From Xylographa opegraphella (taxonomy: Eukaryota), in NCBI GenBank assembly GCA_022813865.1, contig JALDZX010000006.1, positions 1-64,000 on the forward strand: a stretch of DNA of 64,000 nt, written 5' to 3'. Position 1 is the first letter of the stretch. Each line of letters starts with the position of its first letter. Below, in pieces: positions 11,452 through 24,269 of this stretch. Under the pieces are notes generated by a model, which made no database searches, was not told the origin of the DNA, and saw only the letters and a list, made by a program, of their open reading frames with translations. The position numbers were made by a program, and so were the translations under genes.

Positions 11452-13173
11452 ATGTCAACAATGCCCGGCCTACCCGGCGCTCCTCCTATCCTCTCCACTC
11501 CAGACACACATATCTTCGAGGACCCTACCCCCTCGACCAGCACCAAAACTCCCAGAAAATCAACGGAACGAATCGCCCTCATCTACGAGATCCACCGCAC
11601 CATTGCCTCCATTCGTCAAGCTCGATACCGCCGCATTGCCCTACAGTTTCCCGACTCCATGCTCCCTGATGCGCCTCGTGTGTTCGAGGCGCTTCAGCAA
11701 GGACTGAAAAGTCCCGCTCCACCTCGGAGGCCAGATGCGCCGGACCGGCGGACCACGGACCAAGTTGTGGATGAGATGCTGGACCTACAGATCTCGGCTC
11801 AAAATGAGAAATTGCCCGAGGAGCGTCTCTACATCCTAGCTGATACGTCGTATGGTGCGTGCTGCGTCGATGAGATTGCCGCGGAGCATGTGGAGGCTGA
11901 TGTTGTGGTGCACTATGGACGAGCGTGCCTGTCGCCCACCGCGCGGCTGCCAGTGATCTATGTTTTCACCGAGCAGCACTTGCCTGTTGAGGGGGTGCTG
12001 GCAGCGTTTCGAGAGACCAACCCGGACAGGGGAGAGAGAGTCATCCTCATGGCTGATGTTACATACGCTAGCCATCTCACTGGGATAGAAGAGCGGTTGC
12101 GGGAGGAAGGGTACGCGAATCTGTTCACCACAGCGATCATGCATGATCCATCATCACCGCTGCCAAACCGCACGGTACCGGAGGAGGTATGCCAAGATCG
12201 CGAGAGGTTGAAGGAGTGGCGTCTTTTTCATATTGCGGAGCCACCGCAGGCCCTGCTTCTGACGCTGAGTTCGAGGGTGGCTGATGTGCACATCTATCCG
12301 ACCTTACAAGCAGATCTCTCCCATCCACAACAAACGCTCTTGGCTTCTACATCTCTTGCACTGCGTAGACGCTATGCCCTACTCACCTCGCTGAGTACGG
12401 TACCAGTCTTCGGCATTCTTATCAATACGCTGAGTGTCAAGAACTATCTGCACATCGTCGAGCACGTCAAGGCGCAGATCCTTGCGGCCGGCAAGAAAAG
12501 CTATACCTTCGTGGTGGGCAAAGTGAACGCCGCGAAAATTGCCAACTTTAGCGAAGTGGGTGGGTGGGTGGTCATTGGATGTTGGGAAAGCTCGCTGGTC
12601 GAGAGCAAGGATTTCTGGAAGCCGGTGATCACGCCATTTGAGCTCGAGCTCTCATTGAAAGGGGATGGAGAAAGGGTATGGACGGGTGAATGGAGGAGTG
12701 ACTTTCAAGGTATTCTGGATGGGGACCTGAAAATCAACGGTCGCGCTGATGAGATGCTTAATGGGAGTGGTCTTATCAGCGGTATAGACGTTGATGCCAA
12801 TGGTGGTGAGCTTGACTCGGAGCCCGAATCCGCACCTCCGGAATTCGACCTGCGCACGGGAAGGTATATATCGCATTCTCGGCCTATGCGAGGACATAAA
12901 TCTGAGCAAGAACTAAGTAACGGAAGCAAGGACGGCCTCGGAGGACCAAGTGATGCACTGATGAGACGCGCTAGAGGTGACCTGGCCGTAGTTGGCGGGG
13001 AGATATCACCTGGGGCCGAGTTCTTGCGTTCGAAGCGAACGTGGAAGGGGTTGGGTAGTGATTTGGAGATCGCATATGATGAAGGTGATGCCCAAAGCAG
13101 TACAGCTGTTGAGGAGGGACGGAGTGGTATAGCTCGTGGTTACACGCTTGGCGATGCTACCGACAAGCGATAA
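11452..13173 (+). CDS. DPH2: Diphthamide biosynthesis protein 2
   Basis: IALQFPD, LYILADTSYGACCVDEIAAEH, VVGKVNAAKIANF, FLRSKRTWKGL, EEGRSGIARGY; 573-aa ORF. Confidence 0.93.
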   Translation: MSTMPGLPGAPPILSTPDTHIFEDPTPSTSTKTPRKSTERIALIYEIHRTIASIRQARYRRIALQFPDSMLPDAPRVFEALQQGLKSPAPPRRPDAPDRRTTDQVVDEMLDLQISAQNEKLPEERLYILADTSYGACCVDEIAAEHVEADVVVHYGRACLSPTARLPVIYVFTEQHLPVEGVLAAFRETNPDRGERVILMADVTYASHLTGIEERLREEGYANLFTTAIMHDPSSPLPNRTVPEEVCQDRERLKEWRLFHIAEPPQALLLTLSSRVADVHIYPTLQADLSHPQQTLLASTSLALRRRYALLTSLSTVPVFGILINTLSVKNYLHIVEHVKAQILAAGKKSYTFVVGKVNAAKIANFSEVGGWVVIGCWESSLVESKDFWKPVITPFELELSLKGDGERVWTGEWRSDFQGILDGDLKINGRADEMLNGSGLISGIDVDANGGELDSEPESAPPEFDLRTGRYISHSRPMRGHKSEQELSNGSKDGLGGPSDALMRRARGDLAVVGGEISPGAEFLRSKRTWKGLGSDLEIAYDEGDAQSSTAVEEGRSGIARGYTLGDATDKR

Positions 13174-13427
13174 GTCTGTAGACGCAGTATCGGAACATAA
13201 TTCTTCCGCTATTGAGCTCCAATCCCATTGCAATCAGTGGTTGTTTCTCGATTTGAGAACAACTCCTCATCTTGATGATGGGATATCCGTAAGCATAGGC
13301 TTCAGGAAGTATGTGCAAGTCATTGCCTGCAGTATATCTGGTCGAGGCTTCCGCTAGACTCTGCCCCTCACTCTCCACAGCGACACATGTACTTTGGAGT
13401 ACACAAAACGGTAACGGGTCAAGATTT

Positions 13428-14385
13428 TCACCACTTTCTACCTACAAGACGTTCGAAAGCTTCTCTATACTTCTCGGCAGTTTTGTTCATGACATCTTCT
13501 GGCATTTCGACGCCTTGCTTTCCCTTAAGCCCGTTAGCCGTCAGCCAATCGCGCAGATACCTGCACTAATTCAGTATTGCTCAATAGGACCTTAAGCTGC
13601 AAGACTCACTGCTTGTCGAAGCTTTCTTGTGTCTGACCAATCTTATAGCTTGAAGCCGGCCAAAAGCGGGAAGAATCAGGTGTCAAGACCTCGTCTACCA
13701 ATACTACCTCGTCAGTCTCGGTATCCAGACCGAATTCGAATTTGGTATCGGCAATGATGATTCCACGTTCCAGGGCATATTTTCGAGCAGTGGAGTATAG
13801 TTCCAATGCAAGCTTTTCAATCCGTTCCGCATACTTCTCCCCGACGATTTCGGCAGCCTGATCGGGATGTATGTTCTCGTCGTTCAGTCCTGCTTCGGCC
13901 TTGGTACTTGGAGTGTAAATGGCTCCCTGAGGGAACGCTTCGCTCTCGGTCAGGCCTGGTTGGACTTTCATCCCGTGTACTGTGCCTTTGGTCTGATACT
14001 CCTTCCAAGCACTACCAGTAATATAGCCACGTACGATAGCTTCAATAGGAAATATTTCAAGCTTCCGTACTTGCATACTCCTGCTTTGTAATCGCGCTCG
14101 GAATTCTTGAGGAACTTGTTGTGGTAGATCAAGAGAGATAAAATGTGTTTTGAGGCTTGGTATAGCAGAAGATAAAACATGGAACCAATGAGCAGATAGA
14201 AGAGTCAATAGAGCTCCTTTCTCAGGAACACCATTTTTCATAATGACATCGTAGGCAGAAATGCGGTCTGATGCTACAAATAAGAGTGTCCGGGAATCGA
14301 TCTCGTAAAGGTCGCGGACTTTACCGCTCGCCAGCAATGGAAGAGTTCCAATTAGTTTGGACTCTGTGGAAGAAATGACCGTCAT
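13428..14385 (-). CDS. ADE1: SAICAR synthetase, 2 exons
   Basis: SGKVRDLY, SDRISAYD, EAIVRGYITGS, ADTKFEFG, DEVLTPDSSRFW, SFDKQ|YLRDWL...LVGRKW* after an intron at about 13561-13609. Confidence 0.95.
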
Positions 14386-14898
14386 AGCTTAGTGCCTCGC
14401 AAATGGTTGATTCTGCAAGTGCTCGCTACGCTTTCACGATCTCGCACGAGAGCGAGTACTCCGTACGATCAAGACACGAACATCAGTCAGATTCCAGTAT
14501 GGTACTCATGTGCAAAGACAGATAGATGGTTCTCTATTATGCGACCTGTGGAAAATGCCATACGATCAAGATGCTGGCAAGAGGCGCTAGTAGATGAGCA
14601 TTGGGCTATGCCGTTATTGTACTAGCTCAGTAGGATCCGCGATTTGAGTCAAAGTAAACAAAACACCACTTTCACAACAGTCGCATTTTCTCTGCATTAC
14701 TTTGGGTTCGCGCCTTGCTGGGACTGACATGAACATGGGGATACAATACTGTTGGACTCTCTATTGAATGCTGTTCTAGTATTCTGCTTCACATTGGTAT
14801 TGGCGGTTACAGAATACTAACTGCTGGTCACTAACACTGCTTTACAATTCTTACACTGGTAGCTAACTTCGACCAATATTGCAACCTACATATCAGAT

Positions 14899-17800
14899 AT
14901 GGCGCAGTCTCCAAGCTCTGATCGCCGCGCTCAATTGATTCGAGAGATGTCAAGAGACCTGAACAGGACACGCCCATCATCGAGATCATCTAGAGGATCA
15001 AATGTTAACGCCGAATCAACAACATCTGACTTTGACCCCGAAAACGAAGCATTGATGTCAACGCGACAACTAGAAAGTACTACACAACGACTCCCCGAAC
15101 TACGGGCTAGTGCACAGAAATATGGCCGCTACTCTCAACCTGAACCAGATTTTGCGATAAATACATCTGCAATTGGGAGAGCATTCCCCGATTTCTCGCA
15201 AGGCGGCAGCTCCTCTGAAGACGAAAGTATGTCTATAGAAATCGGGAGAGGACTACCAAAGAGTAATAATGAGAATGATGCGAAAGCGGGACGGTCAAGA
15301 GATTTCTCTTCAAATATCGGAGGGAACAGCATGGAATTTTCCCCTGCCATGGTCGGTAACTATCAGGTCATGAGCACACCACCCAAACGACCATTCCAAG
15401 CTACAAAGAGATCTACGAACACACCCAACGACTCTCTACGTCGAAATGCTCAAGTCCGCCGTGCTTCCACAATTCAACAAAAGACAACAGAACCATCTCC
15501 TCCTGCCGCAAAGACCACAGATTACGTATCTGGATCGAGCAGACAGGGTAACGCAGACAATCGTCGTACTCTCAGCTCGATGCATGCACGTGTTGCAGAT
15601 GAGGATGCTGCCTCTGATGTAAGCGAGGATCGCCCTCAGACATTGAATTTAACTGCGAGGAACACAAGATTCGGTAACGGTCGCAACGGAACTATAACTT
15701 CAAATAATCACTTGCCATCTAAGTTTTCCTCGACCAAAAGGTTTGTTGATGCAATTGTTCAAGGACAAAGTGTAGATCAGAACATCATGAAAGGTCAACA
15801 CAACAATGCCACAACATCGTCCGGGAATCCAGGGACCCAGCAATCTTTCATACTTCCGGACATGCCTAACATGTCGGAACTGGTCTCTGGCGTTTTCCAA
15901 GATGGTACGCCTGTTTTTTCTAGACATGGCAAGCCCCGAGCCTCCCGTTTTGCATCTGGAGCCCATTCACAGCGAGGCAAAGAATATGTTGAAGTAGCCG
16001 GTATAACTGTTCCAGACGAAGAACAAGCCATATTCGTTTCTTTGAAACTTCTGCAGGATAAAGTGGCTGATTTAGAAAATGCAAAGGCTGAAGCCCAAGC
16101 TACTGTGCATGAACTGCAAGAGAAGAATCTCGTTCTCGAGCGCGAAAAACAGGAATTCAAGCGGTTTAGGAGAAGTGATAGTGCACTCGGTACGACGGAT
16201 GGAAGTGATGGAGCTGACGAGTCAGGTCGAGGTCCACGAAAATGGATCATCGAAAAAACTCGTGAGCATACCAGATTTACATAACAAGAGTATAGACTGA
16301 CTGCAACACAGGACTCGAGTCCAGTATTCGAACATTACAAGAACAAGCAAGCACTGCCATGCACAAGAACTCTGTGCTGGAGATTACTATCAGGAATCTG
16401 ACACAAGAACGTGACACAGTAGTTTCGCAGCTAGGTGTAGCCTATCTCACTACTGAGCAACTGAAGGTAGAGAACGAGAGGCTTGTTGAGGCGAATACGC
16501 ATCTCAGTGATGAGATAGCTCGATTGGGGAGTCATGAGGAGACTCAATCCAAAACTCGTGCGAATAGATACCAGGGGAAAAATGGACGACGAAGTCAAGC
16601 TGATCAAGAAGCCTATGATATGAGCCAGATGTCCACAGAACCTCATGGATTGGACCTGATGCTGGCCCAGGATAACATTATCAGAAAGCCGTCGCGCAGG
16701 GAGAGTGTTCTGGGAAATCAAGCAGAACAGGCCACAATAGCCGCTGGGAATAAGAAGTCTCTTGAGCCAAATGCTCGGAGTGGATCGAATAACAAGTCCA
16801 AAGGAATTTCACAAGCATCCAATAGAGTTGAACCTTTGTATTTCGATGAAGAGCCCAGCACACGTAAGGTCAAGAAAACAAGAATGGTTGTCGAGGAGTA
16901 CTCTGAGAGCGAAGCCACCGATGATTCAGTCAATGAACCCATCATCAAACCACAGACTCATGGTCTTGGAGTTCCAGAAGCTGAAGGTGCTACAACGGGA
17001 GATATAACCTTCTTAAGTTTTCTAGAAGTAAGTTGTTAGTTTCGGTGTTTATTTTCATCCACTAATGTAAGTAGAATGGAGAAATCGCCAAACTGCGAAA
17101 GACACTGGAGCAAGAGCGTATTGCTCGAAAACAGCGACTTGGACAGAGCAACAATACTTTGCAGCCAAAACCTGCTAATACGAAACCGTCCGACTCAGCG
17201 CCTCTGCCGAGAAAATCGTCCATGAAGGACTTGTCTGCGCGGTCCGGCAATCGAGTAGATGAAACAATCCATACCCAGCACAGCTTTGACCATGTAACTA
17301 CTGTAGATGCTGAATCCCCGAATATAGAGCTGACTTTCTCGAAGACTACGCAAGCCAAACCACCAAAAAGCCACAATCGCCTCTACTCCGAGCATTCTCT
17401 CCTGGAGCAACGTAACCAGCGTGACGGGATTGGTATGGACGATATGACTTCCGCCTTCATCGTACCTGATATAACCATGAGAAACCCCATTATGACTGGC
17501 GGAGGGTTCCAAAACATGCCAGCATCTGCTCAACAGACTTCAAACAATCCTCCCGAACACGATGGGCAGAATTGCACAGTCTGTAAGCACGTAATCGAAA
17601 AAGGGTCTTCACACAATCATGGCGAGACAGTGAAGGGAACTGTCAAGATCCCGAAACCTATACCAGTGTCTGACCGTATGCCCGAAGCTGGCCCATACGA
17701 AGAAGAGCCTACTATACGTCCTTCACAGCCACCACCTGTAGCACTCGCAGCTGTTATCAAAGGTCTCGAGGACGAGCTTACACATTTGAAAATACAGCTT

Positions 17801-18199
17801 TCGCAATACCAGTCTCTATATAACCAGCATGATCCAGCCTTGAGTAAGCGCAAACGGAAGTCTGTCCTCGCAAAAATTGAGAAAATGACGCAAACTGTGG
17901 ATATCAAATCCGATCAGATCTACGCTCTTTATGACGTGCTAGAAGGACAAAAAGCCGATGGTCACGAGATCAGTGAAGAGGAAGTCGAAATTACCTTGCA
18001 GTCCGTGGGCATCGACCTGGGAGGATTGGGTCTTCGAGGCGGAGACTTGTCGGAAAACAGCAACCAAAAAGAAGAGCATGTTTGGGATATTGATAGTAGC
18101 GACGAGAGCGAAGGAGATATGCCTTGGGAAGGCATCGAGACAACAGTCGACCTAACCAAAAGGAGTGGCGAGTCGAGAAGGCGAAGCTGGGGTGCTTGA
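14899..18199 (+). CDS. ppc89: Ppc89/Cep57-like spindle-pole-body coiled-coil protein with C-terminal microtubule-binding domain, 3 exons
   Basis: Low-complexity N-terminus, central coiled coil (IFVSLKLLQDKVADLE) and C-terminal PTIRPSQPP..ALAAVIKGLEDEL...KSDQIYALYDVLE, which I recognise as Cep57_MT_bd-like. Introns near 16262-16310 and 17028-17074. Confidence 0.75.
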
Positions 18200-18386
18200 G
18201 CGAGGTGTATAAGCTCATAAAAGTAAGGACGACTGATCGGCCATGCCCAAAGTAGAAGCATGGCGTTGGGGCGTCCGATTCTTCGATTTCAACCACATGT
18301 ATTACTTCACGACATCACCGACCACACCGAGCGTCTCGATGCAAGACATCCTTCCGTTCGGATCCGCGTTGGGACAGCCACCACCT

Positions 18387-18740
18387 CTGGCCTAGATCAC
18401 AGTGTTGACTGACTTCGGTGCATGTCCACTGTTCTACCAGCGAAGAAGTTTCCGACCGGATTTCCTAATCTCAATTTACCGTCATACCTGAACATCAACC
18501 ATAACCGCTCAACTCTTCTCTCGTCGTCAATAGCCTTTCCTTCCGCTTTCTTCAGATTGGCGTGATTCGTGTTGACTGACTTCTGTGTATGTCCACGATT
18601 AAGCTCAATTCGGAGGCAAATGGTGAGAAGAGCCATCTCGACGATCGAATTGGTGCGCAGTTTCGGAACAGAGATCTAGCTTGTTGGGGACTATCCTCGT
18701 ATTGACTGACTGCGGTGCATGTCTGCGATTTGATTTCCCC
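18387..18740 (+). ncRNA. Three copies of a bulged hairpin RNA motif (putative 3'UTR cis-element)
   Basis: Core GTRTTGACTGACTNCNGTGYATGTCYRC at 18402-18429, 18569-18596 and 18699-18726. Each folds with a tetraloop (UUCG, UUCU, UGCG) and its own complementary lower stem. Confidence 0.7.
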
Positions 18741-19202
18741 TCATGCTGGACATCTGATATGTGGTTTCCTGTTGCAAAGCGAGGGTTTGAGTGGGTGGAG
18801 ATGGAGTGCTGGATGAGTCTTGCTACTTGTGCGTTCAATGGGGTTTTTGGTTATGATTTCGGCACGAGACTTTCTTTTCTCTTTGCTCCGTAGGCGTTGG
18901 ATAGGGGGTCCGATGCATTAGGTCAGCGGATGTTGAGAGCGTTTGATTACTGGATGACTTGATGAGTTTAGCTGGTCCACAAATTAGAGGTTCTTGATCA
19001 TTGGCTTGATTCAAAGGTGAGACGGCTCTCGTGCTATATATGCTATATAACTCCTTGCAGGAGAAGCATTGAATGTAAACATGCCATATTGGCGGGTATC
19101 ACATGTAATTCCCAACGCCGTGTCTTCCTCGCCATGCCATACCGAGCTTTGCTTTTTTATACGCCGCGCTATTCAAAATGGTTTTCCAGATGTATAATGC
19201 GT

Positions 19203-20480
19203 CTAGGTATCGTCGTCGCTCATGTCGATGTCACCCTCCGTTGCGGCAGCAACAGCAGCACCAGCAGTAGAAACTGCCTTTTCGTCCCCCAGACCTCGCG
19301 ATGTAGCCTTCTCGTCCGCGATGAAGCAACAGAGCCCGGCATTGCCCTCCAGCATTGCTCGAGCGTAGTATTCCTGGACGTCGTATCCTCCCGCGGTGAT
19401 GACAGGATCGTTCCTCGCATTCTCCAGCCAGGGATGTTCGGAATACGTCTGTAGCGAGTAGTAGAGAGTGTCCATACTCATGCCGCCGAATGGATCGTAT
19501 GGCTTCTGCTCCTCCACAACGACAGGGGCTTTGAGCCCTCTGATCATGAATGACGGGTCCGCCGCACTATTGCCGTTGCCGGTGTCGAAAGGATCTTTGC
19601 TCAGACCCATCTTGTGTTCCAAGCCCTGTTGCTGCAGCCGTGCCTTCTCCACCGCCGACCGTCGTGCTGTGCTTTTTTTTAGCACTACCTTTTGACTTTG
19701 CCGTAGGAAATCTTCCGGGCCCGCCTTCCCGGCTGCGACTAGCTGCGTGAATTCCCGCCGGCCCGCTTCTCGTGCTTGCTTCTGGTCTTCTTCCTCCTTG
19801 CGCGCTGCTTCGCGCGACAACCGCGAAATCTCGCGCTGGGCGGCCTCCCACTCTTCAAGCGAGCTGTGCTCCTGAATTGCGAGCACCGCGTTCTTACCGA
19901 TCGAGGCAGAGTTCTCGGCCGAGTAGGCGGCCAGCTTGGCTTCCGTAGCGGCGACGTCGACACGCTCGATCAGGTTGAAGGTGATGTCTTCTTTAAACTC
20001 AAGATAGTCGTTGTAAGCACGTAGGGAGGTGAACTCGTCTTCACGGCGGTTGAAACTACAGAAGCCTCTTATCAGCACTATGCTTCACGGCACGAGCATA
20101 TATGACAAGGTCAATCCGACATACATCTTCTCTATGCGTGCCCGGATATCACACTCCCGCTCCACCTTCAAGTCCTCAAAGGTCTGCCTCCTGAACCTCG
20201 CCTTCCGGAGAGTCCGCCCACAGCCTGCAATCGGACAAGGCGCCGGGCCTTGGGAGAAGATACGGTCGACGCAAGATTCGCACATGCGGTGGTAGCACTC
20301 CGGATTGATGAGGAAGCGCATCTTCGGGTTGAGGTAGCGGGAAGACTTGCATACTGGGCAGATTTCTGTGGGCCCGTCAGCGAAGGGCTTCGATGGAAGG
20401 AGGGAGAGGTGCAGAGCATTCAGATGGGTATGAAGCTCACCGTCTGCGTCGCCAGACCTGGGGATTTGCGTTTGGGCCAT
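19203..20480 (-). CDS. TFB3: TFIIH/CAK assembly factor MAT1 (RING), 3 exons
   Basis: CPVCKSSRYLNP.MRFLINPECYHRMCESCVDRIF..GPAPCP..GC, FEDLKVERECDIR, FNRREDEF..LRAYNDYLE, AGGY. Confidence 0.95.
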
Positions 20481-21419
20481 GCTATCGCGGCGGCGGGCGA
20501 TCTCATCTGGTGGGCTCGTCGGAGTATTTGACGTTACTACGTAGAGGGACTGAGTCACGGCGGAGAGCGGACTAGTTCCGCCTTGTCGGGAGGAAGAAGG
20601 CACTAGGATTAATGAGGGCTAGCTTCTTGGCCCAACATCACTCGTTCGATTCCGTAAAACGATCTGGTGAAAAACAGTCCAGTGGAAACCGGATTCCATG
20701 GAAGATGGTCCCATAAAAGTCGGTACCCAAAGAAGCAGGTACCCAAAAGTCACGGCAACATGTAGCGTTGAAGCTTGGCCGCAGGATCCCCGTGCAATAG
20801 TCTGCGGTTCCACCACTGTTCCAGTTCCACAATATTATCAAAAGGAACCTCACCTTCGTCTGGAAAGAACCTAATTTCATAAGGGGGGCCATGATTGAAA
20901 GGGCCGGGGACAATCCGGCGAAAAAAGGCGAGATGATCAAGTATGTCGGCTATTGTCGTGATCCGTGTTGAGTCCTTCCTCTACCTGTTCTAAGACCTCG
21001 CCCTCCACGAAATCCATGACAATGCATCATCGATCTCTATCGTCTGAGAAGTATCGGTGGGCTTTTGGAATACGGACGATTTGGGGATCAACCAACTCGT
21101 AAGCTCTTGACTGATTGATAGCTTCTGCCTCTGTTACTCGGACACCATAATTGTACGACTGCTTGGTTAGAAATCCGCACGACCTTGTCGCAATAAGGGG
21201 CGCCGCGAAGAATACATTTTTTCTCATTGATACAAAAGTGAAGCGGGTTCAGGCGGAGCGCTGCCTCGAGTAAAATGGACTAGAATATCCTCCGCAGCTA
21301 TGTTAACTCTGCCATCACCGTACTGGCCCGAAGCTTAAATAAGCCCCATACATTTCTTTACTGTGTTACCTTCAAATTGCCTCAGAACCTCAAAGGTTTG
21401 CCTCAATACCTCGGACGTG

Positions 21420-21710
21420 ACGCACTAACCCGACTGGCGCTACAACAATCCGGCACACTTCGATTCCTCTGTACACAAGCACTGGGGAATATGGTGAAAA
21501 ACATTATGGTGTACATATATCGAGTAGCCTGCATAATCGCACCAAATGATGGACCACCTCTCTGGGCGCGCCTGGTTGGGTATGTTTGGGTCACTTCATT
21601 TCTATTCTGGTCAACTCCGGCGTGGCTTGATCCCCAGGCTGCAGCAGGGCCGCAGGAAATGTTTCTGCCATTTAGCGTACTTTCCAGATTTTGGAAGGGA
21701 GGATGGAGGA
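21420..21710 (+). pseudogene. C-terminal remnant of an MBOAT/wax-synthase (Tri7-like) acyltransferase
   Basis: SGTLRFLCTQALG and PPLWARLVGYVWV..FL.WSTP.W..P resemble the family C-terminus; no upstream exons recognisable. Confidence 0.55.
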
Positions 21711-21979
21711 GTTGTTTCGATGAATATTCAGCACAGCAGGAGATGATAACTGTGGTCTCGGCTGATGGGATGCGGTTGATAAAGCAATGTTGGAAGTAGC
21801 TTAGGACTCAAGATTATCACTCTCGCACGTAAAGCTTCTAGTTTGCCTAGAGTATCGCTAATGGATATTTAGGCTACTTCCTTCTGAATCCTTGGAAGTC
21901 TTGCTTCTATAGTAAGACGAAACATAGTCTACTAGAAACAGAAGTCCTCTTTCCTCGCCAACAGCCAGACCCTTACTGT

Positions 21980-23251
21980 TCAAATGTTGAATTTCTCTCC
22001 GACGAGCCTTTCGCTCAACTTCCATAGTCCCTCTGCATTTGCTTCACTCGTTGCGTATTCCTTGGCTTCTGCCACCTGATTTTCTACGAGTAGCGCTGGC
22101 GACGACTCTGTAATATTAAGTAAGCTAAGTGTATTTCGCATGGAATGGGCTGCTTAATGTTTCCTTACCTCGGAAGGATGGGTCTAATGCAGCGACTAAA
22201 ATACAAGCGGCACCTTGCTGCAGTGTTTTGGTAGTTTGAGGGGGCAGGGGATTGCCTGTATGGCGAATAAAATGTCAGCTCAAGGGCGCCACATACTTGA
22301 TACATGCATTACCGTCGTTTCGCTCGATTGCCAACTTATAAGCTTCCATGAAAAAGTCTTCAGTTACGCCCGAGTTGGGTAGCAGGAGGCTCTCCAGGAC
22401 CACTATCGAGCGGCAGCAAGTCAGCACATCGATATAAATCCGCAAGAAGAAGTCACTGGTAAATGACATACCGCCAGGATGCACAGCGAGGACTGCAACC
22501 CCTTTCTTACTGACCCTCAGGGCTAAAGCGTAAGTGAAAAGAATATTAGCAGTCTTTGACGCCCCATAAGCACGCCATGCGTTATAGGTTTTCCCCTCCT
22601 GTCAAACATGGTTTGGTCAGCGTGCTGAATGACTCGCTAGCGAAGAACATGATTCTACCGACCTGGAAGTTCGAGTCCTGGATATTGAGCTCAGCTAACT
22701 GATATCCCGAGCTTGCTACATTCACGACTATTGCTCCTTTTCCAGCGGCAATGACTTGCGGCATGAGGAGGTTCGTCAAGAGGAAGTGACCAACATGATT
22801 CGCTGCAAATTGGCTCTCGATGCCGTCTTTGGATGTCACATAAGTCCTGACGGCCATGACGCCAGCGTTGTTGATCAGTCCATGAATCTTGTCGGTCATT
22901 GTGAGCACCTTTTCTGCAGCTTTTCGGACGGAAGAGTTGTCGAGTAAGTCGATCTGTACGAATGTAACCTTGACAGAGCTATTGATCTTCTTGATCTCCT
23001 CGATCACAGGATTGACCTTGGCTTCAGTACGAGCCGCGAGGATGATTTGCTTGGGCTTGGCGCGGGCTAAGGCCATGGCCGTCTCTGCTCCAAGGCCCCC
23101 TTTGCTTGTGCCAGTGATCACGACTGCATGCTTCGTATTAGGCAAGGCCTATCGCCGAGATTCGATTGCACGTACAGGTTTTGCCTTCGGCATGGCTCGC
23201 AAGCTTGTTGATCACTTCGACAGCATTAATATCGGCATCGAAGGAAGCCAT
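21980..23251 (-). CDS. Short-chain dehydrogenase/reductase (retinol dehydrogenase-like), multi-exon
   Basis: VITGTSKGGLG, LINNAGVM, QFAANHVGHFLLT, AYGASKTAN, VHPG, TLQQGAA, LWKLSERLVGEKFNI*. Confidence 0.88.
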
Positions 23252-24269
23252 CTCGGGCAGTTCTGATACAGCTGAGTGACGAGAAAAGTGTACTGCAATG
23301 ATCTCAAAGGCTGGTACGAACCGGACTTGATCTTGGAAACCAAGCACTTGAAATATTGGTCAATGGCAAAGAGTGTAGTGTCTGAGACAGTCTTGAGTGG
23401 GAAAGCGCACGGCCGAGAGAAGCAGCGTGCAGGTTGCCTTCACTTTTTCACATCCCCTTCACGTTCCCTTCATATCCCCTCACGTACCCTCCGCCTCCCC
23501 TCCACACGCTGTCGTGCTGCTGCTGCTGTGCGTGAGGTAGACTGCAGCCTGACTCCTGGCAGGCCATCGCACTGCGGCAGGGCACATCACTTCCGAACAG
23601 GCGGACGGGTCACCGGCACCGCGACTCTCGAACGGCAACGAGATTCGTGCGACCATTTAGTGTTTTATTGTCACACGTATTGCCATTCCTGCGGTTGACT
23701 AACGCGATTCGGTAATGTCAACTACTTATCCGTGTTCCGTGTGTGCCTGGTTGCCGTGTTGCCTACACGACCCCAAAGCCACACTCCTACATAGGTAGGC
23801 TTAAATTGAATTGGATGTTTCAATGCGAGAGAGACCGTACGGAGTCCTAGCCGTGCCCCAATTGTGCCTCCGCTACCGACCTTGGTACCTTACGCACCAT
23901 GTACCAACCGACCAATAAATATGCAGCGAGAAAGCGGCGCAGGATTTTGCCTTGAGATGCATGCCACATTATTTATCGAACTCGGAAGGAGCTACGTACC
24001 TTAGTAGGCTTACATGCTGCCAAGCTGTCGACACTGATTGGACATCACCTACTGGCATCGAATTCTGGTAGAAGTTCCCACTACAACTTCGATCCGTGCA
24101 TGGTGACAGCCCATATTGTGAGGCGCAGTCGCTGAGACTTTGACACCTCACTGATTGCAATGGCGGCAACACACGCCGACAATAATATCGTATACGGCGA
24201 GCGGCTTCTATCTCAAGTTTGATGAACATGCACGAACTGAACACAAAGAGAGTATATTTACGCTAATCC

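Noticed and set aside
18228..18249. Possible fourth hairpin copy (GACTGATCGGCCATGCCCA)
   Set aside because: Lacks the UU bulge, tetraloop and lower stem, and GAC/GCC mismatches; too degenerate to call.
18402..18726. Repeat-spacer pattern read as a CRISPR array or as a peptide repeat (VLTDFGACP, GHAPKSVNT)
   Set aside because: Eukaryotic context, no cas genes, spacers of 139 and 102 nt. The copies are not in one open frame and most changes are non-synonymous but preserve pairing.
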